Source: a virus
Taxonomy: Duplodnaviria; Caudoviricetes
IMG/VR virus record: IMGVR_UViG_3300034251_000009
Coordinates: 1 to 55,564 of that record
DNA: 55,564 nt
Reading direction: 5' to 3' (one strand)
The stretch's first letter is position 1; every line of letters starts with the position of its first letter. Positions 1 through 7,741 of this stretch are shown here, in pieces. Made by a program: the position numbers and the translations under genes. The notes beneath the pieces are model-generated. The model saw nothing but the letters and a program-made list of their open reading frames with translations, did not search any database and was not told the DNA's origin.

Positions 1-127
1 ACCGTGCAGGCAGTCCATCATCCAACACCGTTGTGCCTGGTCAAGGCCCTTTCGGGGTGGCGTTGTCACCACGCGGCAGGTGACCCCTCTATTCGGTGGG
101 GTCCTTCACCTCGGTTGCGGTGTCACC
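1..127 (+). repeat. Terminal direct repeat, left copy (circular contig overlap)
   Basis: 1..127 is identical to 55438..55564. Confidence 0.97.
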
Positions 128-682
128 GCCCCAGGATGCGAACATCCGGAAGATGTCGCGGCTGTCCTTCAGCACCGACTGCCAGTCCGGGCGCAGGGGC
201 TCGACGTCGAGTTGCGTGATGCAGAAGATCAGCACCTCTTCGACCGACATCCGCCGGCCGGGCAGGTGATGCTTCTTGCTGATCACGCCCTTGTCGCTGA
301 GCTGAGTGGTGCCAAGGTGCATGTGCGGGTCCTTCACCGGCCCACCATCGGGGTGCCAGTGAAAGCCGATCACCTCGGCCTCGTCAACGCGCTGCAGCGT
401 GTGCATGTAGCCGCGGGTCGAGACCTTGTACGGCCCCTTGATCTTGTCCTCCGGGATGTGGACAATTTCGTACTGGATGCCCAGGTCAAGCGTGTAGATG
501 TCGCCGTCGCGGCGTTGCACGGGCACCGGTTCGCCGCCACTCCAGGCCAGCGAATGAACACGGCCCAGCTCTTTCCAGCCCCCATTGCTGATGATGAACG
601 GGGTCAGCGTCATGCAGGATGCGGCCCGCTGGAGGGGCTCCAGGAAGTTCGCGACCGCCTGTGATGGGCTCTTACCGGGCAA
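89..682 (-). CDS. Putative toxin, TumE-like His-rich protein
   Basis: TTG start overlapping upstream gene; FHWHP..PHMH..HHLP motifs; paired with small antitoxin-like gene. Confidence 0.55.
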   Translation of the reverse strand: MPGKSPSQAVANFLEPLQRAASCMTLTPFIISNGGWKELGRVHSLAWSGGEPVPVQRRDGDIYTLDLGIQYEIVHIPEDKIKGPYKVSTRGYMHTLQRVDEAEVIGFHWHPDGGPVKDPHMHLGTTQLSDKGVISKKHHLPGRRMSVEEVLIFCITQLDVEPLRPDWQSVLKDSRDIFRMFASWGGDTATEVKDPTE

Positions 683-881
683 ACGGGATGAGCATGGCGA
701 CCTTCGTCACGGCCATGTTCTCTCGCTCGTCCTCGTACACACCGGCGTCCCAGCGGGTGAGGAACTCCTCGCCGGAGATGCTCAGCAGCCGGCGAGCGGT
801 CTTGTCGAACAGGGCCTTGCCCTCGGCGGCGCTGAGTTCGTGGACCTCGGGAACAACGTCCCCGGATGTCTTCGTCGTCAC
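672..881 (-). CDS. Putative antitoxin, TumA-like (69 aa)
   Basis: GTG start after GAGGAGGGG; SGEEFLTRWDAG motif; 11-nt overlap with downstream gene. Confidence 0.55.
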   Translation of the reverse strand: MTTKTSGDVVPEVHELSAAEGKALFDKTARRLLSISGEEFLTRWDAGVYEDERENMAVTKVAMLIPFAR

Positions 882-1166
882 GCTTCCCCTCCTCTCAGTC
901 AGCATCGTGGCACGGACTGCCGTCGACAGGAAACCAACACTAGGCCCGACCTACGACATTTTCTGCCCCACGCCCCAGCGGGCCTGTCAGGCGGGTCCCA
1001 CGACTGCCAGGGCCAACGAGTCAGACCAGGCCGGATGATTGCTGCGACCGATAGCCGACAGCTGCCGCCGAAGACCAAGGTGACCTCGGTGGAGTACGTG
1101 TCCTCCGGCACCCCGCTGACCTGGCAGGTACGGTGAAGTAGACAGCAGGCCCAGATACAGCGAAGC

Positions 1167-1195
1167 GGCCCCGCACTCCTGATGGAGGCGGGGCC
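1167..1195 (-). terminator. Hairpin terminator of the XRE-CYTH-barrel operon
   Basis: GGCCCCGC(A)CTCC-TGAT-GGAGGCGGGGCC stem-loop just past the stop at 1210. Confidence 0.6.
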
Positions 1196-1209
1196 ATCTT
1201 GTGTCTGGG

Positions 1210-1578
1210 CTAGTCGATAAGTCCGAGGTCCCACCGGCCCGTATTGATCGTCTCGTGCTTGCCGAAACCGACCCACCTGCCGGCCAGGCGACGGCCGTCC
1301 GGGTCCGCGAGGAACTGCAACGCGCCGTGGAACCGGGCGCCGGCGTAGTGACCGCCCGGATCGGTGATCTCGGACCAGGTGCCCGTGATCACCCGGCCGT
1401 CGATCACCAGCGACATAGTCAGGGACGACGGAGCGCTGGGGACGGACCGGACCGTGAGCCGGTCGCCGTCCTGCTCGATCCGCACCTGATGCACGCCGGT
1501 GAACTTCGCATCACGACTGGTCGAGTGGTACTCGTAGACGCTGGCCCAGAGGCCTGCGTAGTTCTGGCCGGGTTCCAC
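1210..1578 (-). CDS. Stand-alone beta-barrel domain (type usually fused to actinobacterial XRE regulators; Cap15/streptavidin-like barrel by resemblance)
   Basis: GTG after AGGAGG; GLWASVYEY..TGTWSE..G.Y.GARFHGALQF..GRW.G..NTGRW all-beta pattern. Confidence 0.65.
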   Translation of the reverse strand: MEPGQNYAGLWASVYEYHSTSRDAKFTGVHQVRIEQDGDRLTVRSVPSAPSSLTMSLVIDGRVITGTWSEITDPGGHYAGARFHGALQFLADPDGRRLAGRWVGFGKHETINTGRWDLGLID

Positions 1579-1591
1579 GATGACCTCCTGG

Positions 1592-2152
1592 CTACGACCG
1601 CTGGCGGGCCGCGCGGACCGCGTCGGTGTACAGCTCGTTGGTGAGCTCGCCGTCGGCGACACCCAACTGGTGAAGCACCGACCGGACCGCCTTCAGCGCC
1701 TCGGCTACCTGGTCCTCCTCGGCCATGGTCTCGACCTCGAGGAACGTGCCGTCGATCTCCGGCACGCGGACGAGGGTGGCCAGGAAGTGCCGGCCGTCGC
1801 CGGTGAGCTGGTAGTTCTCGCAGTCCTTGGTGAGCTCGACGACCGGCGCGTACCCGAGGGCCTGGACCATGTGCGTGACGGCGTCGGGCGTGGCCACGGT
1901 GGTCTCGTGCTCGGGCTTCGACCCGGACGCCTCGTCGACGACAGGCTCCTTGAAGGTCAGCAGGTGCCGCACCGTGTCCGGGGTCTCGACGGTTCGAAGG
2001 CGCAGCTCCCGGCCTGCCGCTTCGAGGGCGCCGTCGGGGGTGTCGAAGTAGGTGTCGTGGTAGACGGCCTTCTCCGGGTCGGCGCGCTGGTCGAGGGCTG
2101 CGCGGACAGCGTCGGGGTTCTCCAGACGGGCCTTCAGCTCGGCTTCGATCAC
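1592..2152 (-). CDS. CYTH-domain protein (class IV adenylate cyclase / triphosphate tunnel metalloenzyme)
   Basis: N-terminal ExExK (IEAELKA), DTYFD, LRLR, LTFK, EHET, FLEVE and terminal LY motifs. Confidence 0.9.
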   Translation of the reverse strand: MIEAELKARLENPDAVRAALDQRADPEKAVYHDTYFDTPDGALEAAGRELRLRTVETPDTVRHLLTFKEPVVDEASGSKPEHETTVATPDAVTHMVQALGYAPVVELTKDCENYQLTGDGRHFLATLVRVPEIDGTFLEVETMAEEDQVAEALKAVRSVLHQLGVADGELTNELYTDAVRAARQRS

Positions 2153-2162
2153 GACTGTCTCC

Positions 2163-3008
2163 TCAGATGACGCGGCGGGCGTGGTCGTGCAGGTCTTCGA
2201 ACTGGCGCCGGTAGCCGGCCCAGAACGCACCGCGGGGCGTGTGCGGGATCTCGTAGATCGTGGACTCGTGGCCTTCCCACTTCGCGTCGAAGGACGACAC
2301 CCAGGCCAGGTCGTCGATCCGGAAGTACCGCCACACGGGCACGCGGTCGTAGAGGCTCACCTCCAGGTCGACGTTCGGGGCGAGCTCGCGGACCTCTTCG
2401 AGCCGGGCCAGCGCCAGTTGGATGCCTGCGGCGAACGAGGCTGGCGATTCGCCAATCTCCGATGCGCGTCGCCGGGCGGCGTCGCTCTCCGGTTCGAGCA
2501 GCAGGACGCGTACTTGCAAGGGCTTTTTGCGGGCGAGCAGCGACGGGCGTAGCAGGCTGTCGTTCAGCCCGATGATGCCGAGGGCGCGTACGGCCAGGAT
2601 GTCTAGCTGGCTGGCGTCGCTGGCACGCCGTCGGATCTCAGCGACGACTGGCCCCTGGTGGGGATAGTGCCGGGTGATCTCGGTAGTGCCGCTGGCGTAC
2701 TTGCTGTTGGGGTTACGAGGCGAGAGCCCGAGGGCCATTCTGCACAGGTCCGGCATGTTGAGTCCGTCAGCGATTCTCGTGAGGACGTCGAGCTGGGTTA
2801 CGGCCTTTTTCCCGTTGATGATCTCGCTGATTCGACCTTGGGTGATGCCGGTTGCCCCGGCTATCCGCAGCTGGCTCGCGCCGCCGTACTGCTGAGCGAA
2901 CTTCAGCAGGCCAGACACGTCGCGGTTGCGGATGATCTCAGCGGTCTCGGGTCTTTGCCACGCCCAGTCGGCGATGCGTATCTGGTCGTGGAGCGACGCT
3001 ACGGACAA
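2163..3008 (-). CDS. XRE-family HTH regulator with C-terminal DUF5919-like domain
   Basis: SQLRIAGATGITQGRISEIING HTH; VRVLLLEP..RASE, LYDRVPVWRYFRIDD C-terminal pattern. Confidence 0.8.
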   Translation of the reverse strand: MSVASLHDQIRIADWAWQRPETAEIIRNRDVSGLLKFAQQYGGASQLRIAGATGITQGRISEIINGKKAVTQLDVLTRIADGLNMPDLCRMALGLSPRNPNSKYASGTTEITRHYPHQGPVVAEIRRRASDASQLDILAVRALGIIGLNDSLLRPSLLARKKPLQVRVLLLEPESDAARRRASEIGESPASFAAGIQLALARLEEVRELAPNVDLEVSLYDRVPVWRYFRIDDLAWVSSFDAKWEGHESTIYEIPHTPRGAFWAGYRRQFEDLHDHARRVI

Positions 3009-3037
3009 GACGAACCCCCACTCAATCCACTGCCGAG

Positions 3038-3054
3038 TATCTCACCTTGAGATA
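3038..3054. promoter_or_regulatory. Palindromic operator candidate upstream of the XRE gene
   Basis: TATCTCA-CCT-TGAGATA perfect 7-bp inverted repeat. Confidence 0.55.
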
Positions 3055-3110
3055 GCCAGCGGGGGATCGAATGAGGACTGTTCGTTCACGACCGTGGAGG
3101 CATGGATCTC

Positions 3111-3566
3111 TTAGGCCACCACGTCGGGTCGCATACCCAGCTTTCGGTGGGCAGCGTCCATCTGCTCCGTCGTCGGCCGAGCGGGCAATTTGGCGCCCGG
3201 CTCGCGAAGGAACCACCCCAAGAACTGGCGCAGAACGTCTGTTCGCGTCAGGCCCATGGCCGCAGCCGCAGCCCCGAACTCGTCCCAGAGGGCATTGCTC
3301 ACCCGCAGCGATCTGATAGGCGTCTTCCCGCGCTTCTGTACGTTGCGCAGCGCCCCCTCGGTTCGGATGGCCTCGGTTTCCTCTGCGTCGGCAGTGGCTC
3401 GACTCTCGTGCCAGACGACCTCGATACGGGCCTGCTTGCTCCACCAGTCGGCATTCTTCTCGTGGTATCGCCAGCGAGTCATCAGATCCACAGTGATGCC
3501 GACGTAGATCAGGTTGTCCCCGGCGTCGAAGAAGCGGTAGACCGCTGTCCTCTCGTTCTCCGTCAT
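3111..3566 (-). CDS. GIY-YIG-like domain fused to ribbon-helix-helix DNA-binding domain
   Basis: AVYRFFD..LIYVGIT..R..H..E..AI..E..N, then TPIRSLRVSNALWDEF..RTDVLRQFL. Confidence 0.75.
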   Translation of the reverse strand: MTENERTAVYRFFDAGDNLIYVGITVDLMTRWRYHEKNADWWSKQARIEVVWHESRATADAEETEAIRTEGALRNVQKRGKTPIRSLRVSNALWDEFGAAAAAMGLTRTDVLRQFLGWFLREPGAKLPARPTTEQMDAAHRKLGMRPDVVA

Positions 3567-3817
3567 GCCTCTGACACCTTCTCGTCGCCTGCCCGGCTAC
3601 CCAGCTTGCGGTTCAGGGTGGCGCGATTCAGCCCCGTGATCCGGCAGAGCTGGGTGTCAGGCACACCGGCCTCACGGGCCTTGCGCGCCTTCTCCCAGAT
3701 AGCCTGTTCGGCTGCCTGGCTGACCTGGTGGGCGTGCTCGATCGCTGCGTTCACCTCGTCGAGCAACTTGCGCTGCTCATCGGTACCTCGCCAGGTCGGC
3801 CGGATCACGGTTGGCAC
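3563..3817 (-). CDS. Small HTH DNA-binding protein, candidate repressor (Kor-like) of the divergent transfer operon
   Basis: GTG after GGGGAG; AREAGVPDTQLCRITGLNRATLNRKL helix-turn-helix. Confidence 0.7.
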   Translation of the reverse strand: MPTVIRPTWRGTDEQRKLLDEVNAAIEHAHQVSQAAEQAIWEKARKAREAGVPDTQLCRITGLNRATLNRKLGSRAGDEKVSEA

Positions 3818-3829
3818 GTTATCACTCCC

Positions 3830-3905
3830 CTGTCTCGCGGTCTGTCTTCTGTTGACACACTCTCTGTCGGGGGTTACTGTCTCATCAGTAGACATTAACC
3901 GTCAA
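3830..3905 (+). promoter_or_regulatory. Sigma70/HrdB-type promoter of the transfer operon with overlapping divergent promoter and CTGTC repeats
   Basis: TTGACA(3852)-17 nt-TACTGT(3875); minus-strand TTGACG at 3905-3900; CTGTC at 3830, 3842, 3864, 3877. Confidence 0.7.
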
Positions 3906-4003
3906 GGTCAGTGGAACGAAGAACGACCGGAAACGAAGGCGGGCCCGGCAGGTGTGTCAGCACCTGTTACCCGGACCCTTGATCGCCCCATGGAGGCGAC
4001 CCG

Positions 4004-4297
4004 ATGAACATTCTTGCAGTAGATACCTGCCCCCGGTGGTGTTCGGGCGCCCATCTTCCGTCGCCCGACGGCCCCGTCCACATCAGCGTCGACCAGACCC
4101 TGGTTGCCACTTCCCCGTGCGGGATGGAGTCGACGGAGGTTTACGTCGCCGTCGAGCAGGTCGGTAGCGGCCCGGCTGCGGTCCGCCTCGAAGGTGCGGG
4201 TTCCGCGCCGATGACGCCGGCGCAGGCGATGCAGTTGGCCGCGACGTTGCAGGCAGTCGCGTTCGCCGCGGTGGCCGGGGAGCGGGTGACCCGATGA
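4004..4297 (+). CDS. DUF6907-like hypothetical protein
   Basis: CPRWC..H..H N-terminus and MTPAQAMQLAATL C-terminus; RBS GGAGG. Confidence 0.65.
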   Translation: MNILAVDTCPRWCSGAHLPSPDGPVHISVDQTLVATSPCGMESTEVYVAVEQVGSGPAAVRLEGAGSAPMTPAQAMQLAATLQAVAFAAVAGERVTR

Positions 4298-4590
4298 CCG
4301 CGACGCTGACCGAGACGCTGTACACCCGGCCGATCCCGTTCGTCCGGGAGGCGGCCCAGCCGGGTGACTGGATCAACGTGGCGAACGACGACCGTCCGCC
4401 GTACTGGCAGACCCTGATCGCCGTGGTGGCCTGCGAGGACTCCCCGGTCGACGAGGGTGACTGCGAGGGTGACTGCGCGTTCGTGCTGCACCTGGAGGCG
4501 GACCCGGGCGAATACGACGTCGAGTGGTGGCACGTGTCCTGGAGCGAGTTCGACGGCATCCAGACCAGCCTCCCGGCGGTGGCCCGATGA
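4294..4590 (+). CDS. Hypothetical acidic protein
   Basis: ATGA-coupled on both sides, phage-like codon usage. Confidence 0.7.
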   Translation: MTATLTETLYTRPIPFVREAAQPGDWINVANDDRPPYWQTLIAVVACEDSPVDEGDCEGDCAFVLHLEADPGEYDVEWWHVSWSEFDGIQTSLPAVAR

Positions 4591-4736
4591 TCGCCACGTT
4601 CCTGCTGAATTTCCTGCTCGCCGCGGTCGGCCTGACCGTGATCGTGGCCCCTCTCGCGGTGTACGCGCTGCGGGAGCTGGCGCCGGCGTCGCAGCCCCGC
4701 CGCTCGTTCGCCCTGGCCGGGGGTGGGCGGCGATGA
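4587..4736 (+). CDS. Small single-TM membrane protein (49 aa)
   Basis: ATGA coupling; hydrophobic N-terminal helix. Confidence 0.7.
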   Translation: MIATFLLNFLLAAVGLTVIVAPLAVYALRELAPASQPRRSFALAGGGRR

Positions 4737-4981
4737 GGGCCCGTACCCGCAACATCTTGACCGTGGTCTCGCTGGTCTACATCTCGGCGGTCGCCTACCT
4801 GTTCACCGTGCTGTCGTTGCGGACGTTCAACGCGCTGCTGGCGACGGTGGTGGTGCCGCTGGTGTGGCTGGTGTGGTCGTTCTGCCGCTGGTCGGCGCAC
4901 CAGCATTCGGAGCGGTGGGCTCGTGACATCGAGAAGGTCCACGGCAGCCGGCCGGTGCGTCAGGGGGTGACTGCCCGATGA
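4733..4981 (+). CDS. Small two-TM membrane protein (82 aa), Spd-like context
   Basis: ATGA coupling; two hydrophobic segments. Confidence 0.7.
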   Translation: MRARTRNILTVVSLVYISAVAYLFTVLSLRTFNALLATVVVPLVWLVWSFCRWSAHQHSERWARDIEKVHGSRPVRQGVTAR

Positions 4982-6213
4982 CGATCACCGACAGCGGGCG
5001 CCTGTCCGAGCAGGAGATGGCCAAGGCGCGGGAGTTGTACGCCAGCGGGGTCAGGTCGAAGGACGGTCTGCGCAAGGGCCTGGGCGTCGCGTGGGCCAAG
5101 GCAGTCGAGGCTCACACCCGGCTGACCGCCGAGGACGACGAGCGCCGGCGGCAGCAGGTCGAGGAGCGCCGGTCGCGGCTCGTGAAGTTGCGACCACGGA
5201 AGAGCCGGGCGTCGCGTCTGCCGGTCCGTCGCACACCTCTTCCGGAGGCCCCGGTCTCTCCTGCTGTCGAGGCGGTCCCTGAGCTGTTGTCTCCGACCGC
5301 CGAGATGGTTCCGGTAGAGGTGCCGACTCCGGATTCGGTAGCCGTTCCGGCCTCTACTGGAGGCGCTGGTTCGGTGAAGCCGACGACGATCGTGGCGTTG
5401 GTCCTGTCGATCTCTGCAGCTGCGGTCATTGGCGTGTCCGCCCCGGCTTTGCTGGCCCTTTCCGGGCGGGCCGCGGTCGCTGCCGCAGCCGTGGCGGTGC
5501 TCGCTTTGGTCGGCGCGGTCTGGTCGACGGCGACCTTGGCCCGGGCGCTGGTCGCCGGTCGCACGGCGCGGGACGTGGCGCTGGACCTGGCGTCGTGGGC
5601 CGTGGCGGCCGTGGCGGGGTTCCTGGCCGCGTATGGGCAGGTCAAGTTCGCTGAATGGGCGGGCGTGACCGGCTGGGAGAAGTGGCTTGTTCCCGGCATC
5701 CTCGAGCCGGCCGTGGTCGTGCTGTTGCTGCTGGCGAACCGGCGGGTGAAGCGGCGCCGGGCCGGGTTCCCGGCCAAGCCGATCGGCAAGTTGCTGGCCC
5801 TGGCGGCTCTTCTGGGCGGGTTCGCCGTCTACACCAATGTGGTTCACACCGGTGGCAAGGCCGGGCTGGTGTTCGGCGCCGCGACGGTCGTGGGTCTGAT
5901 CCTGTGGTGGGTCAAACTCCAGGACGATGCGGCCCCTGACGACTGGGATGACGCCCCGCAGTCCAAGCGGCTCTCCCGGAAGACCTCCCGGTACCGGCTT
6001 CTGCGCTGGTTGATCCTCTTCCCGCAGACCCGCCGGGCGTGGCTGATCAGCCTTGATCACTCCATCTCCGACGCGGAGGTGGGTTTGGATCTGGCGCGCC
6101 GCTGGCGGCGGTCTTTCGACGAGTCCCGAGACGCCGGTGAGAGTCGCCGTAAAGCTCGCCGGGACGCATCCGTGCAGGTCGACAAGTACCTGCTCAACGA
6201 GAAGGAGAGCTGA
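4978..6213 (+). CDS. DUF2637/Spd-like multi-pass membrane protein with N-terminal HTH-like segment
   Basis: AYGQVKFAEWAGVTGWEKWLVPGILE..YTNVVH pattern of DUF2637 spread proteins; 6-7 TM helices. Confidence 0.75.
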   Translation: MTITDSGRLSEQEMAKARELYASGVRSKDGLRKGLGVAWAKAVEAHTRLTAEDDERRRQQVEERRSRLVKLRPRKSRASRLPVRRTPLPEAPVSPAVEAVPELLSPTAEMVPVEVPTPDSVAVPASTGGAGSVKPTTIVALVLSISAAAVIGVSAPALLALSGRAAVAAAAVAVLALVGAVWSTATLARALVAGRTARDVALDLASWAVAAVAGFLAAYGQVKFAEWAGVTGWEKWLVPGILEPAVVVLLLLANRRVKRRRAGFPAKPIGKLLALAALLGGFAVYTNVVHTGGKAGLVFGAATVVGLILWWVKLQDDAAPDDWDDAPQSKRLSRKTSRYRLLRWLILFPQTRRAWLISLDHSISDAEVGLDLARRWRRSFDESRDAGESRRKARRDASVQVDKYLLNEKES

Positions 6214-6214
6214 G

Positions 6215-6346
6215 GTGGCCTACTGCAACAGGTGTTGTGCCCCGATTGCGTCGACGGGTTGGTGTTTGGACTGCCTGGAGGATCTCGACAAGTTGATGAC
6301 CAAGCGGCGCAAGAACAAGAAGCAGAGAACGACGAGGGAGAACTGA
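6215..6346 (+). CDS. Microprotein 1 (43 aa, CxxC..WCxxC zinc-ribbon-like, basic tail)
   Basis: GTG 1 nt after upstream TGA, RBS AAGGAG; MAYCNRCCAPIASTGWCLDC. Confidence 0.7.
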   Translation: MAYCNRCCAPIASTGWCLDCLEDLDKLMTKRRKNKKQRTTREN

Positions 6347-6347
6347 G

Positions 6348-6494
6348 ATGGCTCTGTCGAAGAGTGCCGCCGAGAAGGTGGCCAAGGAGAAGGAGCGGGC
6401 GTCGCTCGGGATGGGCGATTCGCCGGCGAAGGCGGCCCGGTACGCGCAGGAGGTGCGGGCGTACGCCCGCCGCGAGCGCGAGAAGGGCAACTGA
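6348..6494 (+). CDS. Microprotein 2 (48 aa, helical)
   Basis: TGAgATG junction, RBS GAGGGAG; MALSKSAAEKVAKEKERASLGMG..EREKGN (absent from ORF track). Confidence 0.75.
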   Translation: MALSKSAAEKVAKEKERASLGMGDSPAKAARYAQEVRAYARREREKGN

Positions 6495-6495
6495 G

Positions 6496-6678
6496 ATGGC
6501 ACGCACGACCGGCTGGGACGGCAAGCCGCTGTCCGAGGCGGACAAGAAGTTCTTCGCCCTGCGTCGATCGGGCTACGAGGGCCCGATCGACCAGGACGGC
6601 AACAAGGCGACCAAGGGTGAAGCCGCGGACATCCTGCGGAGCATGGCCCGGCGCCGCGGTGAGAAGACCGACTGGTAA
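6496..6678 (+). CDS. Microprotein 3 (60 aa)
   Basis: TGAgATG junction; MARTTGWDGKPLSEADKKFFALRRSGYEGPIDQDG. Confidence 0.75.
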   Translation: MARTTGWDGKPLSEADKKFFALRRSGYEGPIDQDGNKATKGEAADILRSMARRRGEKTDW

Positions 6679-6683
6679 CCGGC

Positions 6684-6713
6684 GACGGGCCGGGAGTGGA
6701 GTCCCGGCCCGTC
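6684..6713 (+). promoter_or_regulatory. 12-bp perfect hairpin inside the microprotein array
   Basis: GACGGGCCGGGA-GTGGAG-TCCCGGCCCGTC. Confidence 0.65.
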
Positions 6714-6767
6714 TCTATCAACCCCGAGGCCGCGTGGCGGCGGCCCGAACTACAGGAGGAACCAATC

Positions 6768-6890
6768 ATGTCGCAGCAGGCGCTGGATCGCCAGCACGAC
6801 GAGATCAAGGAGCGGAACCGTCAGCGGCGGCTGGCGACGATGCAGGAGGCGGCGAAGCAGGCCGAGGCCCGTGCGGCCAAGCGCCGGTGA
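6768..6890 (+). CDS. Microprotein 4 (40 aa, helical, basic)
   Basis: RBS AGGAGG; MSQQALDRQHDEIKERNRQRRLATMQEAAKQAEARAAKRR. Confidence 0.75.
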   Translation: MSQQALDRQHDEIKERNRQRRLATMQEAAKQAEARAAKRR

Positions 6891-6991
6891 GCCCGTCGCT
6901 GGCGCGCCGCCTGGAGGCCAAGGAGGCCGCACGGCGCGCGGAGCACGAGAAGGCGCAGAAGCGGATCGAGGCTCGGGCGAAGGCCGCCTGA
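6887..6991 (+). CDS. Microprotein 5 (34 aa, helical, basic)
   Basis: GTGA overlap; MSPSLARRLEAKEAARRAEHEKAQKRIEARAKAA. Confidence 0.65.
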   Translation: MSPSLARRLEAKEAARRAEHEKAQKRIEARAKAA

Positions 6992-7019
6992 GCAGGCAGA
7001 ACGGAGTGAGTGAGATGGC
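6976..7019 (+). repeat. 44-bp direct repeat copy 1 (stop + RBS + start junction)
   Basis: GGCGAAGGCCGCCTGAGCAGGCAGAACGGAGTGAGTGAGATGGC identical to 7249..7292. Confidence 0.95.
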
Positions 7020-7194
7020 AGGCAAGAAGTACACGGTCGAGATGACCAACAACAACGGTCAGAAGGTTCCCATCACGCAGGTTCCGTTGGAGGGAGGCGT
7101 CGCCCGGGACCTCGCCGAGAAGATGCGCAAGCAGCTGCCGGCGGGATCGAGCGCCTACTTCGAGGTGCACGACGCCAAGGGCGGCAAGCGCTGA
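7015..7194 (+). CDS. Microprotein 6 (59 aa, ends KGGKR)
   Basis: ATG within repeat copy 1; MAGKKYTVEMTNNNGQKVP. Confidence 0.75.
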   Translation: MAGKKYTVEMTNNNGQKVPITQVPLEGGVARDLAEKMRKQLPAGSSAYFEVHDAKGGKR

Positions 7195-7248
7195 CGGTTT
7201 CCGTGGGTGCCCGGATCGAGCGGGTTCGGGCACCGGTGGTAACCGCCA

Positions 7249-7292
7249 GGCGAAGGCCGCCTGAGCAGGCAGAACGGAGTGAGTGAGATGGC
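7249..7292 (+). repeat. 44-bp direct repeat copy 2
   Basis: Identical to 6976..7019. Confidence 0.95.
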
Positions 7293-7428
7293 GAAGGACG
7301 CACAGAAGGCCACCGGCAAGACCACCTCCGAGAAGGGGACGTCCGGGCCCGAGGAGGTCCGTCGGCTGCACCCGGGACAGCGGTGCGGTACCGGGTGCTT
7401 CCCCCAGCAGAAGGGCGGCAAGCGCTGA
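7288..7428 (+). CDS. Microprotein 7 (46 aa, ends KGGKR)
   Basis: ATG within repeat copy 2; MAKDAQKATGKTTSEKG..CGTGCFPQQKGGKR (absent from ORF track). Confidence 0.7.
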   Translation: MAKDAQKATGKTTSEKGTSGPEEVRRLHPGQRCGTGCFPQQKGGKR

Positions 7429-7580
7429 TGGGCAAGACGACGACGGAGCTCGGCGACGACGGCCGGCCGGTGACGTACAAGTCGACCAGGGCGCGCCGTA
7501 AGAGCGAGTCGCGGCTGATCCCGCTCACGCCGGGCCCGCAGACACGCCTGCAGAGGATCGTCCGGGCGGCGGTCGGCTGA
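7428..7580 (+). CDS. Microprotein 8 (50 aa, basic)
   Basis: TGATG overlap; MGKTTTELGDDGRPVTYKSTRARRKSE. Confidence 0.7.
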   Translation: MGKTTTELGDDGRPVTYKSTRARRKSESRLIPLTPGPQTRLQRIVRAAVG

Positions 7581-7741
7581 TGGGCGCGCAGAACTGCCGG
7601 GTGTGCGCGCGGAGCACGGCCTGGTGCGAGTGCTCGAAGGCCGTCAGGGCCTCACAGGGTCAGCCGACGCAGGGTCCTTCCGAGAACTTCCTGCTCAAGG
7701 AGCTGAAGCGGAGCAAGACCGAGAAGAGGGGAAAGCGCTGA
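7580..7741 (+). CDS. Microprotein 9 (53 aa, CxxC..WCxC, ends KRGKR)
   Basis: TGATG overlap; MGAQNCRVCARSTAWCECSK (absent from ORF track). Confidence 0.7.
   Translation: MGAQNCRVCARSTAWCECSKAVRASQGQPTQGPSENFLLKELKRSKTEKRGKR

Noticed and set aside
1-127. Biological terminal repeat or attL/attR pair
   Set aside because: The length matches a common assembler k-mer, the repeat cuts through a gene end, and serine integrases do not leave long identical att cores.
1000-1136. Short plus-strand coding-like stretch (..PPKTKVTSVEYVSSGTPLTWQVR)
   Set aside because: Possibly a gene remnant, but too short and without a convincing start to call.
3998-4981. Repeated CCCGATGA at gene junctions as a recombination motif
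   Set aside because: Explained by ordinary Arg-stop/ATGA translational coupling common in actinobacterial elements.
6976-7292. 44-bp direct repeats as a CRISPR array
   Set aside because: Only two copies, 229 bp apart with a coding gene between them, and no cas operon.
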